DNA of 63,245 nucleotides, the filler included, from Lenisia limosa (Eukaryota > Protista > Breviatea), in NCBI GenBank assembly GCA_001655205.1. It is 12 parts of 12 records of this genome, joined end to end, with 100 filler letters (N's around TTAATTAATTAA, not from the genome) between each part and the next. Parts side by side here need not be neighbours in the genome. Positions count along the whole stretch, not along the records: positions 1 to 3,754 come from LPNZ01011342.1; positions 3,855 to 10,461 come from LPNZ01009052.1; positions 10,562 to 21,494 come from LPNZ01008947.1; 9 more parts are not named here. One strand, given 5' to 3'. Position numbers and translations under genes: made by a program. The notes below the pieces were generated by a model. That model had not been told where the DNA came from, did no database searches, and worked only from the letters and a program-made list of their open reading frames with translations. Below, piece by piece: positions 1 through 10,775 of the stretch. The first letter of the stretch is position 1. Every line of letters begins with the position of its first letter.

Positions 1-3000
1 GACACCCATTCATCAAGGTTCTGGGGTTAACGTTAAAAATGAAACAGAAAAAAATATACTGAAATCTGTAAAATGGAGGAGACTGTTCTTGATTGGCTAA
101 GATACAACTAAAGATAAGGTTCAACAAGCATCATGTAAGGACAGCTAAACTATACTATCCCCTCACCATCTTGGCTGCGAGAGCTATGGGTGATACGCTA
201 CTTGAGTTGAGTGGTGCCTTAGGAACTGAGCCCAAAGTCTAAAAAAAAAAGTAAAAGATTGGTCAAGTTTTATGGTGGGTATATAAAAACAATCCTGCCC
301 AAAGTCTTCGAACACAGATCGTCAATTAGCAGCATATTTCCCACTTACAAGCCCAAGATTAGAGGCAATAGTCACCAGGGACCTAGCAATGGCCTGAGAG
401 TCCTTCCGTCGGATAATGTGGTTGAGGGGGTGCGTTGAAGCTGGGGTGTTATAATTATAATAAAGAACAAACAAACAAACAAAAAAAAAAAAAAAAAANN
501 NNNNNNNNNNNNNNNNNNNNNNNNNNNNNNNNNNNNNNNNNNNNNNNNNNNNNNNNNNNNNNNNNNNNNNNNNNNNNNNNNNNNNNNGCCATTCTTTCTG
601 GTTCTTGAGTAATCGAGGGAGGACAGGGAGAGGGCACCAGATCCACATTAGGAAGTAAGTTGGGCATATTCCTGAATACTCGTCAGTCTCTGAGGCAAAG
701 GTTTCGCTAAAATAGTTGCATATATAACATTTTTAATTTATTATTTGGCTCATTTCATTCTTACCAGCACTAATAGGACAATAGGAATGAAGGTCTGGAG
801 AGGCACTGAGCAGTGATAACGCTGCAGATGCGGGAAATTCCAAGTCGAATAGACCCAGCATAATGGCATGGCAGAGTGAGAGGGATGCGAGGGGACGATG
901 GGAGAAGGACTGGATGGTGAGAAAACGAATCCACGCCTATTTTTAAAAAACAGAGTCGTCATACAAAAAAACGCTCTTAAATGGTAAAAAACAACAAATG
1001 TGATTAAAAATTGTTGGTTGAGAGGCTGGTAGCGTGTTCAGAGGGGGAGGGGGCTTCTTAACAAGAGGAAACTAAGACACTCTATTTTTACTACCCAAAA
1101 CTGAGCAGTAATACTACTGATGTGTTTGTGCATAGTATGAAGATGGACAACTATTCGGCTCCCTCCCCTTAACACAATAATATGATATGTGAACACTTCC
1201 AAGCCCACATGTTTCTTTTGAAGATCTTGACTTGAATGTAGGAGGGGAACTTTCCTCGGTTGAGGCTGAAAGATTATTCTTAAATTCGAGGAAGTTAAAT
1301 GAAAAAAAAAAAAACCAATAGGCCTCAGGCTTCCACCCCCTTTCGTTATGTTATTCAAATGTAGAGACACATATAACATATATGTGGGTCCTCAAAGCTC
1401 CGGACATCATTCAAAATTCCCGGACACATCAAAACTCCCGGACAGCTTGAAGTTGACACCTTGTATAGGCCATTGCTAGTGTTTTTTGAAAAATATGCTT
1501 CGACAGATATATAGAGAAATGGACCTCCTAACTTTTTTTTTCAATTTTGAGCAAATGTCATAAATCCGTGAATTTGGTCTCCCGGGGCCCCCCCTTTTGT
1601 CTTTTCACTGGATTTTTTTCTGAATCTTACCCTCTTTTAGTGTTAAGAAACAAAAATTTGTGCCCCTCGGAGTAATTGGTTCCGGGTTCCCATTTGCTTT
1701 GGCTATGTAATGGTGAATTTTGNNNNNNNNNNGACCGTAAATAGAGAGCTTAGGGACTTAATTTGGTTTTGACCCGATAATATGTTAAATTGGGGTTTCA
1801 TTATTTGATTAAGATTGAGATTACTTTCAAAAACAGAAGGGAAATAGGGTTTCTGGGTGGTTTATGGTGATTTTGTATGGAAAACTCAAGCTGTCCGGGA
1901 GTTTTGATGTGTCCGGGAATTTTGAATGATGTCCGGAGCTTTGACTATACATACTAGTATATCAGATAAACGCTGAGTTTTAAGCATATCTACTCATCTC
2001 CTCAGTGTTATTAACCGATTAGGCGGAAAACAGACTGTGCAACAATGGAAAATGAACAAATTGCTACAGCCTTAACAAAACGCATAGTCGTATACCAGTA
2101 TCAAATAATCAAGCAGTACATTGGAATCAACAACATACTTCAAGCAGCACAAACCTGGAAAGGACGGCGATAGGGCCCGAAAGCAGTATTTGGCAAGGCA
2201 ATAGGAATTGGAATATCCGGTGACAGACCAAACGCAAGAAGAACCGACAGCAGTGTAGAAGTTGGAACAAAGGCAGCAAAGGGCGCTTTGAAGGTCTGGC
2301 ATTGGATACTGAGTTTTGGGAGCGTTGATGGAATGTGTGCTGAGTCGAGGTTCTGAAGATTGTTGGTATTAGTGGTAAAGAGGAGACTTCTGGGATGAAG
2401 AGGAGAGTTAGAGGTAAAAGGAGAGTTCTGGGATGGAGAGGAGTTAGCGGGTGAAGAGGAGAGTTAGCGTGTGTTAGGTAACTCACTACACAGCTAAAGT
2501 TGATAACAGCCCCCTCCCAGTCCCACTGATATCACGGTTTTGGGAAGGGGTGACGGCCAAGAGTCAACAGAAGGAATGTGCGTGGAGAGGCAGGTGGCAC
2601 TTGGAGATATTCCAATCTAGTAGGAATAGTTAATCAAATAGAGTGTCTCTAAGAATGAAAGTTTTAAAAGAGCAATGAAAGTTTTACAAGAGCAGTTGTC
2701 AGTTGACACGAATGAAAGTTTCAAGAAAGAGCAGATAACACGATGAATGAAAGTTTAAAGAAAGAGCAGTTGACACGATGAATGAATACCATCAAACCAT
2801 TGCAAACACAACAGCCAATTTAGTGCACTTCTTCATTACTGCAATGCCAAGTGCGTTGAGTTGTTGTAACTACAGGATGAGCTAAAACTACATGTATATT
2901 CATATGATGTAATAATACGTAAAAAACATACTCTTTATGTATGTAGTATGATGTATTTTACCTATTCGCAAATGATATTCAAGTACCCCCCGCCTCACAT

Positions 3001-3633
3001 GTGAATCAGTTGTGGGGTCACTAAGTTTACTATTAATCACGGCATGGCGGACACGGCACAGAAAGGCTTCTTTTGAGTCGAAGAATTCAGATGTGGGGCT
3101 CTCCTTTTGGGTGAGGGACAAGAGCGATAAGTATTGTTTAAATGATGAGAAAAAAAAAACTATTTCATCACCAAGGCAAAAGACACACGGTAATCGAAAT
3201 GAGAAGCGAGACAAAAGAGGAAAGAATAAGAAGATAGAAAAAAGAAGCTTGAAAAAAGGGCGTAGAAGCAGTGACACCTACGGAGGAATCATCAATATCC
3301 AGCATCTCCAGTCCGTCCTCCATAGTCGAAATTAACTAAGCGGTGAGGCTTTGTAAAAGAGCAGGTAGTACAACAACCTGATAGAGGAGAAGGTACACAC
3401 AGATTCCTAACTAAAATAGGCTTTATTTGATAGCTTTTAAGTACTTAACAATATCATATTTAAAATCTAGGAATACAAAAATACATATGTAGTAGTATAT
3501 CATATGCACATCTAATATGCATATTTATAATATAACACTAAAAACAAAATGAAGAATACAAAAAGAAAAACCCACATCATTTCTTGGTACTGGGGCGTCT
3601 GAGTCACTCCAAAGCGAAACAGAAGATTGCTGT
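1..3633 (-). CDS. Partial multi-exon gene, uncharacterised protein
   Basis: GT-AG exons with open, partly phase-compatible frames on the minus strand, e.g. LGICVYLLLYQ|LISTMEDGLEMLDIDDSS, ESPTSEFFDSKEAFLCRVRHAVINSKLSDPTTDSH, AWIRFLTIQSFSHRPLASLSLCHAIMLGLFDLEFPASAALSLLSASPDLHSYCPISA|ETDEYSGICPTYFLMWIWCPLPVLPRLLKNQKEW, ASTHPLNHIIRRKDSQAIARSLVTIASNLGL|TLGSVPKAPLNSSSVSPIALAAKM. No family recognised; both ends are truncated. Confidence 0.6.
1392..1944. mobile_element. Non-autonomous TIR element (family G), about 550 bp with ~62 bp terminal inverted repeats, intronic
   Basis: 1392-1454 (TCAAAGCTCCGGACATCATTCAAAATTCCCGGACACATCAAAACTCCCGGACAGCTTGAAGTT) is the near-perfect reverse complement of 1883-1944. 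Each arm has three CCGGACA sub-repeats. No internal ORF; a 10-N gap lies inside. Confidence 0.7.
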
Positions 3634-3798
3634 TGGGTTATTATAGGGAGTAGGTGAAGAGGAAGTAAATCTGGAAATTTAGTAAGTATAATAATAAAAA
3701 AAAACCCAGAGTCAACTCTGTTGGGTAGGCATTTGCGAAAGACCCCCCCCCCCCNNNNNNNNNNNNNNNNNNNNNNNNNNNNNNNNNNNNNNNNNNNN

Positions 3799-3810
3799 TT
3801 AATTAATTAA
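3799..3810. other. Artificial scaffold linker (TTAATTAATTAA in N padding); first of 11
   Basis: The identical six-frame-stop 12-mer flanked by ~45-50 N recurs at 3799, 10506, 21539, 33970, 42659, 44974, 48172, 53270, 56919, 59511 and 61293. Confidence 0.97.
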
Positions 3811-3854
3811 NNNNNNNNNNNNNNNNNNNNNNNNNNNNNNNNNNNNNNNNNNNN

Positions 3855-6184
3855 AAGAGTTGCTCTCGCACCAACTCCAGCCGAAATTTCAGCCTGGAGC
3901 TCCGCCAAGTCTTCTTTGAGACTTGCCATCTAGCAAAATTAGTGCTTCACTTCGGTTCAATAAAATAATGAATTTTCGATGAATCCTCGAAAACTATCTA
4001 TATTTTCCCTGTATTTTTCGAACCGAAGTGAACCCCTAAGCAATATCAAAAGGTTTTAGTTTGATTCGTTGGGCTTTCCCTATGGTAACAAAAACGTCTG
4101 GATTTCTCGATACATCCTCAAAAAAAATTGGGTTTTTTGGAAGACCTCTTCAACATCTGTCCTTTATTACTCTAGAAGATATTGGATTTTTGGAGTATTT
4201 CGTTTCCCCTACACACAGCCCACAAACCTCTTTCCCCATTTGGGATAAACTTTCATTTGCAGCGTGTTCATTATCGAGAGCCTAAACAGTCACAAGCGGT
4301 ATGGTATGTACATGATATGTCTAATAAAACTAGTAAAAACAAGGGCAACACAGTAATAGGGATGGTAACACAATCAAAACCAAAAGTGCTCCAAGAAATT
4401 TTCGTTCGAAAGTAAAAAAAAAAAAAATCAAATGAATAATAAAAAAAGGGAAAGAAGTCAACACTGCAAACCTCCTCCCGCTCCTCCTCGGTCCTCTTCA
4501 GTTCCGCGGTTAGAGTCTCTATAGACNNNNNNNNNNNNNNNNNNNNNNNNNNNNNNNNNNNNNNNNNNNNNCGTCCCCTAGCTTGGCTCCAAGATCTAGC
4601 GACTGCCAAATTAGAAGCAGTGCCTTTTATAGTTTATATTGAACACTTTGACTCACTAAAATACCGATTATTCTCAGAGTTTTACGACAAATGAAGAAGA
4701 TCTTATGAGAGGTGTTTTGTATCAAAATCCTTCGCTGTACCTCTTTGCTCACCTCCTCTTTCGCCTCAGTGGCTTCGGTAGTGGCATCTTCAACTGCTTT
4801 CTCAAACGTCTGAATGGTGAAATATGTAAGATTTCCTTTCTATTGGTTGACGGAGTATGTAACATAATCATATAATTATAGCAATAAGAAATAAGGTTGT
4901 ATTTGGCTGAAACCGTCCACACCATCACATATAAAAGTAATTAACATAATCATAAGGACCTTTTCGAGCTTTTTATTAACATACAATCCACTTCGCGTGA
5001 AATAGTCCTAAAAATATGTGAAGGGTGGGGGGTACAATTGGGAAATTTATGAAAAAAAAAGAAGACCAAAATCAACTTTGTTGGCTGACAGCACACGAAG
5101 GTCGAAACAAAACAAACAAATCCCAGGCCAGTCGCTTCAACAGCACCGCTTCCCATCACTCCAGCGGGGGGGGGGGGCNNNNNNNNNNNNNNNNNNNNNN
5201 NNNNNNNNNNNNNNNNNNNNNNNNNNNNNNNNNNNNNNNNNNNNNNNNNNNNACTTCAGGTTTTCACCAATTTTCTTCTTTTCAGACAGAGAGTCCTCCA
5301 AATCAGCTTCCAAATCCTTCAACCTAAAAGAAAAATTAACTAAATCTTCTCTGCCGAGTTCAAAAAGACTAGAAGATTGAAAAATGTTCAATACTTATCA
5401 TATGTACATACAATATATAATATAGTCATTGAGTAATATAATTATACATATTATATAGATTATTATATATGATATGTGCATAGGTATTATGTCTATTGAC
5501 TTTATCGAAACGAAATTGAAGTTCCATTTAAATGCTTAAGAATATGAAGCTAACACTCCCTTTGTCCCATTGTGGCTGTTTTTCACTTCATCAATTTACT
5601 TGAGTTTTAGTATAATAAAGGCACTTTCTTATTTGTAAAGGATGTTTTTGTACATTGTGACTAGGGGTTCCCTACGGTACCTAGTATCTCGATAAAACCT
5701 CGATAAATATCGATATTTAAACGGTCTTTCTTGGACCGTAGGGAAGCCCTATTTGTGACTAACAACAGATTTTTACCCTCCCTCACCTCAGTGAAAGTTC
5801 GTTGTTTCGAGATATCAAATCGTCTACTTCCCACTCCGCCTCCTACAGTGCGTGAAACACTGTTCTTCCTTTCTTTATCTTCCCCCTTCGTTATATTATG
5901 AGAGGAGTTAGAAACGAAACAAAGTGGTATCTAACCGAAGCCGTCCATTATTAGATATCATATAAAAAGGTACTTTATTGAGAATCGAGAAAAACAAATT
6001 CTGAGAAAAGCATGTCTACAGAATTGTAAAAACTTAAAAACAATAAAAGTACTCGAATAGTAATAAAACATGATCAAACCTGTTTAGAGGCAGTCAGTTC
6101 ACCCTTTTCCTCTTCTGCGGCAGCAAGCTTATCTTCCAAGATCTTGACCTTATGCAGCAGTGCGGCTGTCGAGGGTTCCGACAT
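3855..6184 (-). CDS. Coiled-coil protein, 5' part (3' end truncated at scaffold edge)
   Basis: ATG at 6184. Spliced exons read MSEPSTAALLHKVKILEDKLAAAEEEKGELTASKQ|EAEWEVDDLISRNNELSL|RLKDLEADLEDSLSEKKKIGENLK..|TFEKAVEDATTEATEAKEE|SLDLGAKLGD..SIETLTAELKRTEEEREE|MASLKEDLAELQAEISAGVGARATL, which is heptad-like and E/K/L/A rich. Confidence 0.75.
5022..5165 (+). mobile_element. Family C dispersed intronic repeat, near full-length copy
   Basis: Matches consensus GGAGTGAAATTGGAAAATTTATGAAACAAAAAAAGCCCAAAATCAACTCTGTTGGCTGACAACACACGAGGGTTGATAACAACAAAACAAACAAAGCCCAGGCCAGTCGCTTCTACAGCACCGCATCCCATCACTCCAGC. More than 20 copies or fragments lie in the window. This copy has G-runs on both sides. Confidence 0.85.
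5664..5749. mobile_element. MITE family B (TIR GGGCTTCCCTACGGTCC), TA-flanked
   Basis: taGGGGTTCCCTACGGT...GGACCGTAGGGAAGCCCta. Its internal core is shared with family A. Other copies at ~4072, 7833, 20038 and 60038. Confidence 0.8.
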
Positions 6185-6535
6185 TGCGGCTGAAAATAGT
6201 AAAAAAAAATAGTACTAAAAGTGGTAATCAAAATGGCTATCTAAATGGTATAAAAAAGGTAGGGCTCCATGCAATTAATTAGTCACTTTATCCAACTTTG
6301 TCAATTAAATTCTTCAAAAAATTAAGTCCACTGAGTCCTAAAAAATGGTAATAAAAATATGGGCTTCACCCAGGTACGTAAAAGATCAAACTATCGAAGT
6401 ATATCGAGAAAATATTTTTGGATTGGAGTGAAGCCCTATATAAATGGAAATATAAACGGTAATATAAAGGGTTACATAAAGAGATACATAAATGGTACTA
6501 AAAATGGTAATATCAAAAATGGAAATATAAATGTT

Positions 6536-9500
6536 AAAATAGAAACAAGAAGTTCAACTTCCAAAGGAACGCATCTGAACATTCGAAGGGCGAATCAAAG
6601 GAGTTGTTCAGGTGGTGTGATTGGGATATGGCTGAGATATTTGGATATGTTGACAAACGTGCGATTAACTCTTGATAAGTACAACCTAATGCATTCCTCA
6701 CTTCTTCATCATTTTCTTAAAAGTTCCAAAAGCTTCAGAAATGGATAAATAGTATTTCATATCTCACTACGTTAAAGACAGAGGGGTGAGCTCAGATGGA
6801 AGATAGTTGTAAATTATGCATTCTGTTAACAGTTCACCTTATTTAAGAGAAGAATAAGCAAAGAAGAGAGGACATAATCCTTAAAAAGCCCCACTTACAA
6901 GATCAAAGGCTCTTCTTGGAAGTTGGAGGACTTCTCTGATTCCAAAAACGGTACTTCTTTCGGTAATACAGGCGTTGAAGAGGCTATTCGCCTTCCCTCC
7001 CAATTCCTTCCGTCTTACTCCCCTTCAGCTATCTTTCTCAATTCTTTCTTGGTCAAGATTAAGCTTTTTTATGGAAGATTTTCACGTTGATTGTTTAATC
7101 AAAAATGAAATTTCAAAAGGTAAAACAGCAATGAAACAATGAAACAACAAAACAAAAAAATGAATGTGGTGGCGGCAGCGGCAGGGCGGCGGGATGGCCT
7201 CNNNNNNNNNNNNNNNNNNNNNNNNNNNNNNNNNNNNNNNNNNNNNNNNNNNNNNNNNNNNNNNNNNNNNNNNNNNNNNNNNNNNNNNNNNNNNNNNNNN
7301 NNNNNNNNNNNNNNNNNNNNNNNNNNNNNNNNNNNNNNNNNNNNNNNNNNNNNNNNNNNGTAAATAGTCTATCTACATTGCGTCTTCACATGTTGGATGT
7401 TTTGGTAATTGAAATGAGGAAACTGAAGAGTTCATGGGCATCTCAAGCCATACTAACACAATTATACGTAATCTAACATTACATCATACAGACCCAACAA
7501 AATTTTACAAAACAACAGACAAGAAAAAAAAAAAAAAACAAGAAAAAGTTTAAAACTATATAATAACTACCTCCAATCTACACCTTCCATTTAAACTCTA
7601 AAAGGTAAGAGAAAGGCTTCAACTAAAAACCAATACAGTTCTACCATTACATAGTAAACCTTTTAATTTCGTTGATTTAAAAACCTATTCAATTCCCATT
7701 CAATAAAACTACTCAGCACCATGGCATACAGCTAACACTGCGAATCCGTATGCAGCATCTCGGTACCATAGTCAAGGATCACCTCGATTTCATCGTCAGA
7801 TATCTCAGGCTAAGAGGAGTCACGATCATCATTAGGGATTACCTAAGATCCAAAAAATACCCTAAAAATATCGATATTCAATGAGGAATTATCGAGAATT
7901 TAGGTCCTTTATGACAGTAAGGAAGCTCGGTCATTATTCATAAACACATGTATAATAGTACAACTAAACTATTTGACACAATCTAAGCAGTCCACACCTT
8001 TACATTTATAAGAGGTATAGGATTAAATTCAAGCAATACAGCTGTACTAATTTCACCCATCCCCCTTACCTTAGGATCAGTGGTGGGGGTGTCCACACTT
8101 AACAAGTTCGATGAACTGAGCCTAAAAAGTGAACCCTAGAAAAAGACAATTTTTAAGTATTTGTCTCTGATAACTAGGGCTTCACTTTGGTTCACTGAAT
8201 GTCTCGATAATTCCCCGAGTCAATATTTTAGCGGTCTTTTTCGAACAAAAGTAAAGCCCTACTTATAACCGATAAAGCCCTGGACAGTTTCCCTTTTACG
8301 TATCCCAAATTAAAAATAATAACTTCATTCCCTCTATCAATCTTAACAAATGATGTACTTGATCTTTAAATAACCCCAAATACATCAACACATTATACTA
8401 TACTGAGCTTGTTCCTAAATTTACTCCAGGCCTACCGGCACTGGGCAGGGGCTGACTGGGTCTCATTAATTGCCATCTCCGTGCTGGCAAAGATCATTGG
8501 CGGATGACCAAAGTGCTCAGCCATTATATCTAATGGGGTCACAAGGCAAAATACCCAACAGAAAACGACAGACTACCTTCTGTGTACACTATATACTAGT
8601 ATATGTAACAGGCAAGGCAAAAGCAATTAAAATATCATGTTTGTTGTTCTCTGTAGTAGAAGTAGGAATAAATGGAAGATGTGAAATCAGAGGAGTCCCG
8701 TTTCAACTAGATTGGATAAACAGTTGAGAAACAAAATTGGGTGGAAAACAACAACACAAAAAGCTCAGGCAAGTCACTTCTGCAGCACATCACTGCAGAG
8801 GTGAGGGGGTGGGGACATAATGAGAATGTTCAACACCCACTCTCTGGTCTATGTAAGAACGCCTCTGAAGTGCTGTAGTTCTGCGTGCCATTTAGTCGAA
8901 GATCAGCAGGTTCGAGAGTGAGCGGTGAAATAGTCATCGCTGGGGGTATTAACATGATGAGAGAACTGTATATAGGTGTATGAGGTGTTATAGTGGTGAT
9001 CGCAGTGATCTGTATATGCTTGGGATAAAACCTTGTATACTATATTATAATATTGGTATCGATAAGAGAAGGATAACATACATATATAATAAAATATTGC
9101 ATTTGAGGATTCAGAATGGAAGTTGAATTTGTTGACGAAATGAACAAGACCAACCATTTGGATCAGTTGCAACCTTGGGGTCGTGAGCCTTTTGTAAACT
9201 GGCAGTATTTTCCCACCTAAGTGAATTATGAAGGATAAAGTCAGCACGAGTCAAATTTAAGCGGGGTAAACTTATTTGAAAAAAAAAAAAGAGAGAATGC
9301 AATGAAGACTATGATGAAAACAAAATAGGGCACTTTTCAAGTTTGACTTAAAAAAAAAAAGGGAGTCACCACATAAAATATTCACAATTTTTTTATTAGA
9401 GGAGATGGAGGCAATATACCACCTTCCAGACAATAGGGAGGGGGGTATGCAACAGTGAAACCAACATTTGGTCGTCTTCATCACTGACTGCCACAGGGGC

Positions 9501-10291
9501 AAGAGAACTCGGGTTAGGCCTCAACTGCATGTCTTCACTGCAACATCGTAAGAACAGAAGAAGTGGATAGAGTGAAGATCCATCCATTCGTTGTAACCAA
9601 TAATAATTACAGAAGTTATTCAAATTAAGAAAAACTTGGCATAATCTAGAATATTAATATTATTTACACTGTAAAATAGAAGTGAGTATGGTCAAAAATA
9701 TTGACGGAGGCATTCAAATTTCTATTAGGGATTTAATCAAGACTTGTCGTAGTGTACTATTCCGGTTTCACATATTCCATGGATATTTGTCGGACCAAAG
9801 CGAGGCAATATTATGAGTATGAAATGACCTCATTTGTTCAACAACATTTACCTTGCAATGCGGTTGAAAACATTTACAGACGCACCACCATCGAGGATCT
9901 AAGCAGCATTGTTACCGAAATAAATGTAAAGAGTTGGGAAGCTCAAATCAAGCTTGAGGGCTAATAAGTGGAAAAAGTATGACAAGAGGAGGAAGTACGG
10001 CTTATACCTACTGCTTCACTTTGGTTCGAAAAAAGCCTGAATTTCTCGAAAAATCCTCGAAAATTATCGAATTTTTAGTGTTCTTTTTCGAACCGAAGTG
10101 AAACCCTGCTTATACCAAACCATATGAAAAATTCCTATCATCTGAAAAAAGAAAACAGTCATATTTTGAAGGAAGAAAAATACAAATAATTCACATTCCG
10201 CCTTACCCAATCTTGAATGTTCTTGTCTCCATCATTCAGAAGTTCACGGAAGCTGTTTTCTCGAAGATTCTTGCCAAATTTCCTAACCGGT
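6536..10291 (-). CDS. Partial multi-exon gene, uncharacterised protein
   Basis: Minus-strand exons include KFGKNLRENSFRELLNDGDKNIQDW, SEDMQLRPNPSSLAPVAVSDEDDQML, AMTISPLTLEPADLRLNGTQNYSTSEAFLHRPE, DIMAEHFGHPPMIFASTEMAINETQSAPAQCR, GSLFRLSSSNLLSVDTPTTDPK and LYAMVLSSFIEWELNR|LRIIVLVWLEMPMNSS (phase-matched). The 3' exon structure is not fully resolved. Confidence 0.55.
8177..8259. mobile_element. MITE family A copy
   Basis: taGGGCTTCACTTTGGTTC...CGAACAAAAGTAAAGCCCta. Confidence 0.8.
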
Positions 10292-10775
10292 GTGAAAATG
10301 TACATTAGTTCAATTTATAGAACTAGGGCTTCACTACGGTCCCAAAAAAGACTGAATTTCTCGATAAATCCTAGAATAATATCGCTATATTTCCAGTCTT
10401 TTTTGGACTGCAGGGAAGACTGAAAAATAACAACATTCCCCCTCCCCGTGACTCACTCTTTNNNNNNNNNNNNNNNNNNNNNNNNNNNNNNNNNNNNNNN
10501 NNNNNTTAATTAATTAANNNNNNNNNNNNNNNNNNNNNNNNNNNNNNNNNNNNNNNNNNNNGTTTTACAGGCAAAAAGACCCAAATTTAATTAATCACAA
10601 GGTTTTTAATTAATCACAAGGTTTATGCGGAGCAGCATATATTAGATATAGTATATAATTATATATAACTCTCAGAATTCACTTCGGTTCGGAAAATATC
10701 GATAGTTTTCGAGGATTTATCGAGAAATTCGGTCTCTTTTTTTCGAACCAAAGTGAAGCCCTACTAACTCAGTAG

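Noticed and set aside
3799-3810. Recurrent TTAATTAATTAA palindrome as a biological motif
   Set aside because: It is always embedded in N padding and gives stops in six frames, so it is a concatenation spacer.
5022-5165. Family C as a complete Introner (element equals whole intron)
   Set aside because: No intron was found whose donor and acceptor both coincide with the element ends; unrelated sequence always lies on the donor side.
6344-6790. Plus-strand gene starting MGFTQ or MVIKIWASP with a GTACGT donor
   Set aside because: Exon phases could not be joined consistently, and the region is better explained as the 3' end of the minus-strand gene plus an AT-rich repeat.
7700-9960. Apparent in-frame TAG codons (7733, 7810, ~9900, also ~3337) suggesting a reassigned stop codon
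   Set aside because: Each TAG can be read as a 3' splice AG of a short intron or MITE-containing intron. BBS4 and the M16-like gene end in TAG, the MBS1-like gene ends in TAA, and no conserved domain here needs read-through.
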